Below are positions 1 through 8,814 of a DNA stretch of 64,000 bases, piece by piece. Below the pieces are notes generated by a model. That model was not told the origin of the DNA and ran no database searches. It saw only the letters and a program-made list of their open reading frames with translations. Numbering within the stretch: the stretch's first letter is position 1; every line of letters starts with the position of its first letter. Location: NCBI GenBank assembly GCA_003707115.1, contig PPNB01000019.1, forward strand, positions 1 through 64,000, in the 5' to 3' direction. The DNA comes from Tortispora ganteri. Lineage: Eukaryota. Both the position numbers and the translations under genes were made by a program.

Positions 1-3
1 TAG

Positions 4-2370
4 TTGACTGACACCTCCCAAGCTTCGACATATCCGCAAACGATGGACTCGTTAGAACTCAAGAAAGCACAAGTTTCGCGGCAAATATCGCGAATCGATA
101 GCATGCAGGCAAGATTCACAAAAGAAGAAGTTGCACTTGGCTCAATTGCATCGTCAGTGTCCTCGATTGCATCGTCCGCATCTAGTCTCTCTCAGAGCGT
201 TCGTCTATGTGCGAAAGAAGCTGAAAGAATCAATGAAGCGCTAGATTTTGTTAATCAAACAATAGTGCTGAGAAATGCGATAGAAAATATGCAAATATCA
301 ATGGAAAAGTCTGAATGGGATCAAGCTGCCATTTACGTGGATCAGGCACGTAAGGTACCCCTAAACATACGGTCGAGCGCTTTCACCGAAAGGATGGTTC
401 CTTCAAGCAAGTATCCAGACTACCCAGAGGATGTGATTAATAACTCTTGCGATAAACTGAGCGCTTTGTTTGCCAATAAGTTCCAAGAAGCAGCCCAAAA
501 TATGAATATGGAACAAATATCTCGATTCTTTAAGCTGTTCCCGCTAATAGATCGACCGCAGATAGGTCTCGAACTCTACGCGAAATTCATAGCTTCTATC
601 ATATCATCTCAAGGACGATCAATACGTAATAATATGTCAGAAGTGTCTCCATACACGTCTGCCAAGCTGTACGGAAATGCTTTTGGGTCGTTCTTGGACA
701 CTATCACATCCCTCCTCATCCAACACAAAGCGTTTGTGGAAAAACATTACGGCTTGGAAGCCTTTCCGCAAACATTTCCTGCGATACAAAGGGAAGCAGA
801 TACTCATGGTGTAATAATATTGGATTCTTTTGAAGAAGGACGCCGATTGTCGTTTGTATTGCAAGAAATATCTAACTATGCATTCCCCTATCTCGCATCG
901 GCATTCACTTCCACAGTCATGTCCGCCGACGATATAGAAAAGGACCCTTCAGAAAGATTTGATAACAAATCTATTGACGTTCTCATGACGGAAATGGAAC
1001 TAATGTTGTCTAACTGGGCCCGATATATCAATACTTTAGCCTCGCTATCTGCTGCCGCCCGCACTAATACGACGTCGAAAGTCGCCCTGCCCGATATTAT
1101 AAAGACAAGTTCAATCATCCGTCAGATCAACATCAATGTCGAAAAACCGTATGAATCTATGGCAACTTTTTTTTTTAGGAGAAGCGTTGAAAAGGCACTC
1201 GAACTAGACGAATACCCTGATGAAGCAACCGTTCCCTCTGCTGAGTCTCCTCTTATTTCTTCTGTTATTGATGATTCAATGTATGTATTTAAACATGTCC
1301 TTCTTCGTGTTTTATCTACAGGTAATGCACGTCTTTCGAAGTCTTTACTATCCAATATGCGCAGAATTCTCGAGGTTGACCTTATCGGTATTCTGCAAAG
1401 ACGACTACATGAACTTAATGCATATGTGGGCAAGTATGGACCAGATCAACTCTCAAGCAGCTTACCATCTGTATCTCAAATATCTTTAGGTAGCCGCTCA
1501 GGTTCGTCTTCTAAACACAACATTGGACTGTCGTTACAAAAAGCTGCTGCGACAGCAGTGGCTGCTGTTGGTAGATCCAATTCTCCGGATATTTTTACTC
1601 CTACCACTGCATTCTCAAGTTATGACAGAAACTTTCTTATCCTATTGAATGGTTTAGATGTTAGTGTGAAATATCTTCTAGAATCTGTTCATAACCAGAC
1701 AGTATACAATATTGTTGCTGATCTTTACATCACGGAAAACGATGCGGACATAGTGAATGACGCTTTGGAAGGCATAACGCCATCTTACTCGAGTCGCGTT
1801 AGGAATATTTGTGCTGATGGGCTATCAATTGTGTTTTCGCAACTTATTAGACCGCGTATTCGACCTATTATTAACAATACATTCAAAGAGTCGGACTACA
1901 GACCTTCTGCTCACACAACGTCACCGAACCATGGGAATGAAGATCCTCATGTTAAAGAGTACTTTTCGCACCAGTGGAATGCTTTAGTAGCTCCTTATCA
2001 GAAGATTATGACTACTGATCTTTTTTCTGAATTGGAAAAGCTGATTGCCGCATCTGTTGCTAAAGTTTTGGAGCAGAAATTGTGGTCATTAAGCGCTACA
2101 AAAGTTGACGACATTGGAGCAATCAGAGTGGAAAGAGACGTTGCATCTATTATTGCGCACATTTGTCCACCTAATAAGTTTCATCTGCGAAGCTATTTTG
2201 GCCGAGTTGCTCAAATAATTATGACGATTGGACTTGAGCCTGGCGAAGAGATAGATTTTATTGAGTCGAAAGCAGGAGACATTGATGCAGGCAACAATCT
2301 TCAGCGAGACGAGCTGCTAAAAGCGCTGGCTATTCGAATACGACCAGAAGGCGAATTTGCCGAAAATTGA
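4..2370 (+). CDS. COG4: Conserved oligomeric Golgi complex subunit 4 (probably 5'-partial)
   Basis: 788-aa helical ORF with COG4-type motifs (ISRFFKLFPLI, FFRRSVEKALELDE, SSVIDDSMYVF, GAIRVERDVASII). It opens right after an in-frame TAG at 1-3 that may be a splice acceptor; the first ATG is at 43. Confidence 0.85.
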   Translation: MTDTSQASTYPQTMDSLELKKAQVSRQISRIDSMQARFTKEEVALGSIASSVSSIASSASSLSQSVRLCAKEAERINEALDFVNQTIVLRNAIENMQISMEKSEWDQAAIYVDQARKVPLNIRSSAFTERMVPSSKYPDYPEDVINNSCDKLSALFANKFQEAAQNMNMEQISRFFKLFPLIDRPQIGLELYAKFIASIISSQGRSIRNNMSEVSPYTSAKLYGNAFGSFLDTITSLLIQHKAFVEKHYGLEAFPQTFPAIQREADTHGVIILDSFEEGRRLSFVLQEISNYAFPYLASAFTSTVMSADDIEKDPSERFDNKSIDVLMTEMELMLSNWARYINTLASLSAAARTNTTSKVALPDIIKTSSIIRQININVEKPYESMATFFFRRSVEKALELDEYPDEATVPSAESPLISSVIDDSMYVFKHVLLRVLSTGNARLSKSLLSNMRRILEVDLIGILQRRLHELNAYVGKYGPDQLSSSLPSVSQISLGSRSGSSSKHNIGLSLQKAAATAVAAVGRSNSPDIFTPTTAFSSYDRNFLILLNGLDVSVKYLLESVHNQTVYNIVADLYITENDADIVNDALEGITPSYSSRVRNICADGLSIVFSQLIRPRIRPIINNTFKESDYRPSAHTTSPNHGNEDPHVKEYFSHQWNALVAPYQKIMTTDLFSELEKLIAASVAKVLEQKLWSLSATKVDDIGAIRVERDVASIIAHICPPNKFHLRSYFGRVAQIIMTIGLEPGEEIDFIESKAGDIDAGNNLQRDELLKALAIRIRPEGEFAEN

Positions 2371-3854
2371 CAGTCTACAAAATCTGCTTTGAAGAAGATG
2401 AAACTACCGCATACGGTTAATGCTCATGTTGGTGGATTTTGCTTACTTTTTCTTATCTTTAAGAAAGTTTAAATTATATAAAATAGACATGTTTGACATG
2501 TTGACATGCATTCAATATTTTTGAAACATCCACTTAATAGGCTTTTTGAGAGCACAAAAATAATTGTAGCGCCTCATATTTGCCAGATATATTTTCTTGC
2601 GGCAAGTTCTATTCATTCATGTTCATAAACACGCGATACAGGGAGGTTTAGCCCTTTGCTAGTCTAACACACGCGACCTATGAGCTTAACCTAGAAGATG
2701 TGAACCAGACCAGTTCATATTTTGAAATATCTGCTCAAGCAGTTACGTCTTATGCATAGTACGTTTCTTAACTGTATCCTAAAAACTGTTTTAGTTATAG
2801 AGTTATTTGAAGCAATAATTAAAGCGTTAGCATAATTTAGCTAGAGTGCTAACGCCCTAAGTCAAAGCTATCACGTTATTAGCTTAACCTTGATTGTGAT
2901 ATTGGCTGAAGTTAAATGATAGTGCCAATAATAACCATAACCATATCGCGCATAAATTATTGCACTATTATACCTGGAGTTCTATTAATAGATTTGTAAA
3001 TTAGCTTAAGCGTATTAGCAGCTATTTAGTCCAAACTGAAAAGCTCTTTTAGCAAAACATAAAACCAGAATGAATCGCTCAATAGTCACAGGCGTTAAGT
3101 AGTAGAAAATAGCACTCAAACTCTAAAAGTGCTTGGCAAATAAAACGTAGCGGCGTAGAACGAGAAAAAGGGATCCCCCGCGTAACAACAGGCGATAAGT
3201 GTCTGTGTGCATTTACCCTACCAACAAGCCCACCTAAGAAAAAGGACACTGCCGTCTGTAACGCAACACCTAAAGGTTAGACCCTGCTTTTTTTTTCATC
3301 TTTTTACTTCTTTATCTCCTCTTCCCCTTACTCAAATCTCCGAACTTTTTGCTATTTTAAAGCTTGCATCACAGGGTTCCTGCAAACCAATAATAATCGC
3401 TTACATTCACTATTGCTCTTATCCAGTTTCAATCAACCTAACCACCCCACGGCCAGGGCTCTCATCTATACTTTTACTACTTAGGTGGTTCGTAACGCTC
3501 CTGCGCACAGTTTCAAGTGTACACTGTAATTAAGGAAGAGATATTTCTATTTGTAAACTTCTGCAAACGCATAAGTTTGTTTTGTTGTTTCTTATTACGG
3601 TGCTTCTGCCTAACGCAAACACTGTCAACGCTTTGCTCTCTTACAAGGGGGCTTACAGGAAATATCTGCACAACAGTTAATACCACCTAAAACTAGATAC
3701 CATAACGTGTCATAGCCTTTTAAACTGAGTTTAATTGCCGCTGCCCACTTCTTCGCGTTTACAGTAGCTTCTTTTCGATCTATTCTATACCCCCCGTCAT
3801 CCTATTTTTCTTTGCATTACCTCTCAGACTCAAAGCTCCTTTTACTTTTTCAGA

Positions 3855-6800
3855 ATGCCTGTACAGAATCATACACAAACTGATTCTTCCGGAAGTTCTT
3901 TGGACCTTCCTGAGAGACCAGCGATATTGACCACAGTATCTCAATCAGATTCGTTGAAAGGATCTGTAGAATCTCCACAGAAAAGGGATTCAAATAGTCC
4001 TCACGACGATATTCAGAACGCAAATACCTCAGTCGTTCCTCCTACTAAACCTCTCAAAGTTTGCAAGAAATGCGGTAAGCAATTATCAGGTCAATTCGTA
4101 CGTGCATTAGATGCAACCTTTCATATAGAATGCTTTACCTGCGTCGACTGTGGATCACAAGTAGCATCGAAGTTCTTTCCTATTGATGATCCTGCGTCTC
4201 CCGGCGCCCAGCTGCCGCTTTGTGAGCGTGACTATTTCAGACGGTTGGATCTTATTTGTCATGTTTGCGGGGGCGCTTTGCGATCCTCATATGTTACCGC
4301 TGTTGGTCACAAATACCACATCGAGCATTTCACTTGTTCTGTGTGCCCAACTAGATTTGGTCTGAAAGATAATTACTACAAGCATGAAGGTAATGTTTAC
4401 TGTCATTATCACTACTCACGGAACTTTGCAGCTCATTGTGAGGGCTGCCAAATGTCTATTCTGAAGCAAATTGTTTTGATTTACCGCTACGGGCGCCAAC
4501 AACAGTGGCACCCGGAATGCTACATGATTAACAAGTTTTGGAATATAAAATTATGCAGATCTCCGACTGAAGTAAAGTCATACCTAGACAGTATGGATCA
4601 AAAGCAACTCAGAGAGACGGAAATAGATATCTCGTCGAAAGTTTATCGTATTTGGACAATTTTATCTGCATTTGAGGAGGCCGCTGCTGCATATATATCA
4701 GAAATGCTGCAGTATGCCTCAATCGGGCATTACAAAGACGCTCTAATGGCGTGCGCTGGTTTATCATGGAAAGTCTCTTATTTATTTGCTTCTATTGATG
4801 TACTTATAGCGCTGGGAAAAAAGTCACAGTATGCTGGATCAGGTTCAAGTAAAAACGACCGCACATTCACAGGACGTGAACCAAAAGTTCTTTGCAAGAA
4901 GATTGTGAGCTATCTTTCTCTTGTGTCTCGCGGTGTGCAAGCTGGCACTCGGACAGATGAAGCTTCTGACAACGTTTTAATGAACCAGGAACTTCTGAAT
5001 TTAGTGACAGAGATTGCTCATCATTTGAAGCTATTGATTCGGCTTGTACTGAGCGAGGCTATTCGCTTAGACCACGATATCCCCAACTCTAAGGCGATTT
5101 ATAGATCGCTAGATGTCCTGGCTCCTGTATCTTCCGCCAAAGTTGATCCACCCGAGAGAGTTTTGGAACATCTTTCAGACGAAAGCTTGAGCCTTTTGGC
5201 GACTATCCTTCTTCATGGGTTTGAAGAGAGATCATCTGCTCTTCAGTTTTCTGGAGCAACTAATGATCGACCAGAAATCCCGAAACAGCTAGAACTGACT
5301 CGTTCTTCCTCTATTCTCACTGCTGATGTTTGTATGGGTTGTGGAACTAGCATCGAGGAATCCTGCGTGAGATTTGAACACCATAGATGGCATATCGGTT
5401 GCTTGAAATGTTCCGTATGCGACAAAGCTTTCAATGCCCAAGATTTATCCGAGATACTGTATTCTAAACAGAACAATGCCATATGCTGTGGTTCTTGCAG
5501 CACACACCCAGATGCGCAAGAAGGATTGTTGTATGTGTCTAGGCTATCTCAATTCTCGTTTCTTTTACAAATTGCACTGGCTCGATTATATGTTTCCTTC
5601 TCACCCCAGAATGACAATGAAGATATAAATGATGCAAATATATCGTCTCAAGAAGTGGTAAATCGTGAAAATATACCCGAGCAGTATATTGCCAATGGGA
5701 ATAATAATTTGGCATCTTCTAATGTTTCTAACTCGGCTGCTGTCAGAAAGGCAATGCGAAATGTTTCTTCCGCAAGCGCTCGATCCAAAGTGTCTGTGAG
5801 AACTAATCTATCCGTGGACTCTCAATCCAGAGTTGAAGCTGTACATAGAGCGTCTGATATATTAAGAAGCGAAAAGAATCTTACTCTCAATGACATTCCT
5901 CGCATAGTTGCGGTTGAGAATGCCAAGAGTTTTAGGCCTAATGCATTTCGACATCAAACTGAGAAGAGTATTATTGAATCTCCCAGGAAGGTTTATTCAG
6001 TTGACATGGATGTGTCGTATGTGCCAAATGAGAATAAGGAAAATCATGGAATCAACGGTGTCGATACGTTTTCTGACATGAGTAGCGATAAAGATTTGCC
6101 AAAGTTTCGGAAATCAGCATTTTGTGAACTTTCAGATCTTGAAGACTTTGTCGTTCGGCATGTTGCAGTTCAACTTCTTGCAGTTTCAGTAAAAGGACTC
6201 TACACACCTGCAGAATTAATGAAGCTTGCTGATATTGGTGCGAATTCTAAGAAGCCCACAAATTTTCTTGAAAAACTACTTGGCCGGTCCTCAAAAAATA
6301 AGAAAAAGACAAGCTCAGGGGTATTTGGTACTCCTCTTAGTCTTTTGACTGAGAAGTATGGAGTGGAGTCTGCTCTTGGGCCTAATTCTGGTACTTATCG
6401 CATACCGTCATTTGTCGATGAGATAATTCTCGCGATGAGGCAAGTCGGTATGGCTGTTGAGGGTGTATTCCGTAAGAATGGCAATATTCGACGCTTGCGA
6501 GAATTAGCCGAATCAATTGATGCAACGCCTGATAATCGTGACCATTCTCTCGGAAAAGAGAATGCTGTACAACTGGCAGCGCTTTTAAAGAAGTTTTTGC
6601 GAGAGTTACCTGATCCTTTGCTGACACGGCACCTATATGATCTATGGCTGTCTTTATCAAAGATTGAAGATATAGAAGAGCGCAAGAAGATGATACACAT
6701 TACATGTTGTTTGTTACCAAGATCGAATAGGGATTGCATGTTAGTTTTATTCGACTTCTTAAATTGGGTTGCCTCCTTTTCAGAGCTCGGCGAAGAAGAT

Positions 6801-7163
6801 GGTTCGAAAATGACTATTCATAATTTATCAACTGTCATAACGCCTAATATTTTGCATGATGGTGAAAGCGAAGAAGCTAAAGGTCCGTTACCAGGATCGT
6901 CTGGAGCAGCTGTTGCAACTAATGCTAATGGGAATGATGCTCAATACGCTCTTAATTACGAGGCCAGTGAAAGATATTTCTTGTCTATTGAAGTTGTCAA
7001 TAGTTTGATTGAGAATAATACGGAGTTCAGTACCATTCCAAAGTCGGTACTTAAAACGATACAAGATGCAAATTTACTGACAGGTGAGGAAAGTACCATT
7101 AGCAAACAGATTACACCGAAGGTGATACAGAATCGTGTTCTAGAAGCGACTACTAAGAACTGA
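3855..7163 (+). CDS. LRG1: LIM-domain Rho GTPase-activating protein (Lrg1/Rga1 family)
   Basis: N-terminal LIM domains (CKKC..FHIECFTCVDC; CHVC..YHIEHFTCSVC), a further central LIM, and a C-terminal RhoGAP domain with arginine finger EGVFRKNGN and LLKKFLRELPDPLL. Confidence 0.88.
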   Translation: MPVQNHTQTDSSGSSLDLPERPAILTTVSQSDSLKGSVESPQKRDSNSPHDDIQNANTSVVPPTKPLKVCKKCGKQLSGQFVRALDATFHIECFTCVDCGSQVASKFFPIDDPASPGAQLPLCERDYFRRLDLICHVCGGALRSSYVTAVGHKYHIEHFTCSVCPTRFGLKDNYYKHEGNVYCHYHYSRNFAAHCEGCQMSILKQIVLIYRYGRQQQWHPECYMINKFWNIKLCRSPTEVKSYLDSMDQKQLRETEIDISSKVYRIWTILSAFEEAAAAYISEMLQYASIGHYKDALMACAGLSWKVSYLFASIDVLIALGKKSQYAGSGSSKNDRTFTGREPKVLCKKIVSYLSLVSRGVQAGTRTDEASDNVLMNQELLNLVTEIAHHLKLLIRLVLSEAIRLDHDIPNSKAIYRSLDVLAPVSSAKVDPPERVLEHLSDESLSLLATILLHGFEERSSALQFSGATNDRPEIPKQLELTRSSSILTADVCMGCGTSIEESCVRFEHHRWHIGCLKCSVCDKAFNAQDLSEILYSKQNNAICCGSCSTHPDAQEGLLYVSRLSQFSFLLQIALARLYVSFSPQNDNEDINDANISSQEVVNRENIPEQYIANGNNNLASSNVSNSAAVRKAMRNVSSASARSKVSVRTNLSVDSQSRVEAVHRASDILRSEKNLTLNDIPRIVAVENAKSFRPNAFRHQTEKSIIESPRKVYSVDMDVSYVPNENKENHGINGVDTFSDMSSDKDLPKFRKSAFCELSDLEDFVVRHVAVQLLAVSVKGLYTPAELMKLADIGANSKKPTNFLEKLLGRSSKNKKKTSSGVFGTPLSLLTEKYGVESALGPNSGTYRIPSFVDEIILAMRQVGMAVEGVFRKNGNIRRLRELAESIDATPDNRDHSLGKENAVQLAALLKKFLRELPDPLLTRHLYDLWLSLSKIEDIEERKKMIHITCCLLPRSNRDCMLVLFDFLNWVASFSELGEEDGSKMTIHNLSTVITPNILHDGESEEAKGPLPGSSGAAVATNANGNDAQYALNYEASERYFLSIEVVNSLIENNTEFSTIPKSVLKTIQDANLLTGEESTISKQITPKVIQNRVLEATTKN

Positions 7164-7383
7164 TTGCATATAACAGCTACAATTAAAGGATCAAGACGTA
7201 CGCAGAGCAAAGTATGATTTGCGACTTGTTTTCCTTTACCATTCCACTCTTTTATAATCATAGTCGTTCGTTTAATAATCTTTTTTAAATAATAATTGCT
7301 GCAAATTTATTAATTCCGGGGTCGTAAATCATTAGATAATATATACAAGAAGAAAGGCATAGAAGTAGGTCAATCTTTGACAA

Positions 7384-8052
7384 CTATGGCAGACCTTCTT
7401 GCTTATTCTCTTCACCAGGTTGTAGGACAGTCGCAATGTCAGACATTATTGAAGAATCTACCGGTCTGAGACGTGAAGACAGGACAGTATCCAAAAATTT
7501 TGTTTCTTGGCCCACACGTGTATGACGTTTAATCAGATCCTCGAGCCAGTCGAGAGGCGGCTGTACATCGAAAACACCTGAAGAAGCAAGTCTACCGGCG
7601 AGTGGTTGGTTTGAATAGTTCGCAATTCTTCTAATATCCGAGAATTGAGCCGAATTAGCCCATTCTGCAAATCTTTTAACGGCCTCAGAGTCTTCAGCTT
7701 CGTCTGCAGCCTGTTTAACTGCAACGTCAATATCCGTAGCCGTCCCGGGTATGAGTTCGTACAGGTACATATTGCGGAAATCCGATGAGTAATCACGAGG
7801 CAGTGGGTCAACGACTATTTGAGGTTTAAGGAGTCCCAATTGTTCCATAGCAAATCTTGCATCTGAGATGTCAGGCTCTGCATGACCACATATGTTTGCA
7901 TATGTCACAGTGTCTTTTGCGATTCGTTCGAGAAATGAAGTCAGAAGATCCGTCACAACATCGATAACATCTGGCGATGCCTTATCGATCCCCACTGACC
8001 GTAATATTTGTAATACCGAAATTCTGGATAAATCAAAAAACAAGTCAGACAT
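7384..8052 (-). CDS. TAF3: TFIID subunit with bromodomain-associated histone fold (Taf3-like)
   Basis: MSDLFFDLSRISVLQILRSVGIDKASPDVIDVVTDL matches the Bromo_TP histone-fold N-terminus. Start set at ATG 8052, not the ORF-track ATG at 8193, which abuts RET3. Confidence 0.72.
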   Translation of the reverse strand: MSDLFFDLSRISVLQILRSVGIDKASPDVIDVVTDLLTSFLERIAKDTVTYANICGHAEPDISDARFAMEQLGLLKPQIVVDPLPRDYSSDFRNMYLYELIPGTATDIDVAVKQAADEAEDSEAVKRFAEWANSAQFSDIRRIANYSNQPLAGRLASSGVFDVQPPLDWLEDLIKRHTRVGQETKFLDTVLSSRLRPVDSSIMSDIATVLQPGEENKQEGLP

Positions 8053-8210
8053 TTCAGTCAGATTTGGGCAACAGCTTAAACAAGCCTGTGCAAGAATGTG
8101 AATGGTAAACTTGGAGACGGGTATGCGTTGCCATGCGGGAAACTTACACTCAAAGTCGTGCACTTTCGAGGATGGTCCACCTGTCTTCATCATACACGAC
8201 TTTTTAAAAG

Positions 8211-8774
8211 ATGACGAATTTCAGCTTGTATAGCGTGCTGGCATGTATTGTTCTTGACTCATCTGGGAAGAGAATATTTGCAAAATATTATGATCATCCA
8301 CATCAGCCTGGACAGAACCCGTACAGTTCGGAAACGAAACAAGTGGAGTTCGAAACGGGATTATCCAAGAAAACACACAAGGATCCTACGGAAGTTATTC
8401 TTTACGACGGCAATCTTGCCACTTTCAAAGAATGTGGAGATGCTGTTATTTATTTGATTGGACCATCAGATGAGAACGAGTTGCTTTTGCATTCTTTGGT
8501 AACTTCTATTCGTGAAGCACTCGAGATGATTCTTGGTTCCGGTATTAACAAACGCACCTTACTTGAGAACTACGACATTCTGGCGCTTACCATTGACGAA
8601 TTTATTGATGCTGGTATTGTAATGCAGCCAGACTCTACAATTGTAGCTGGTAGAGTTTCACGAGCGCCTTCTCAAGAAGCTTCAAGACAAATCGACCTCT
8701 CAGAACAAGGTATCCTTAATTACATGAATATAGCTCGTGAACGCATTAGTGAAACTCTAAGACAATCATTATAA
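8211..8774 (+). CDS. RET3: Coatomer (COPI) zeta subunit
   Basis: Longin-type zeta-COP motifs LDSSGKRIFAKYY, ENELLL, KRTLLENYD..LTIDE. Confidence 0.93.
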   Translation: MTNFSLYSVLACIVLDSSGKRIFAKYYDHPHQPGQNPYSSETKQVEFETGLSKKTHKDPTEVILYDGNLATFKECGDAVIYLIGPSDENELLLHSLVTSIREALEMILGSGINKRTLLENYDILALTIDEFIDAGIVMQPDSTIVAGRVSRAPSQEASRQIDLSEQGILNYMNIARERISETLRQSL

Positions 8775-8814
8775 TTATAAGATACTGTTGGATAATATGA
8801 TAAAGCAATGTATT

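Noticed and set aside
2486..2509. Triple GACATG(T) micro-repeat downstream of COG4
   Set aside because: Too short and imperfect to distinguish from slippage noise
2635..2652. GATACAGGGAGGTTTAGC resembles the U6 snRNA ACAGAGA/AGC region
   Set aside because: The invariant ACAGAGA box is mismatched, and the downstream internal stem-loop and U6 3' sequence are absent
3207..3533. 108-aa GTG-start ORF upstream of LRG1
   Set aside because: No ATG, pyrimidine-rich promoter/UTR-like composition, no recognisable motif
8053..8193. N-terminal extension of TAF3
   Set aside because: It would leave 17 bp to the divergent RET3 ATG, and histone-fold homology starts at ATG 8052
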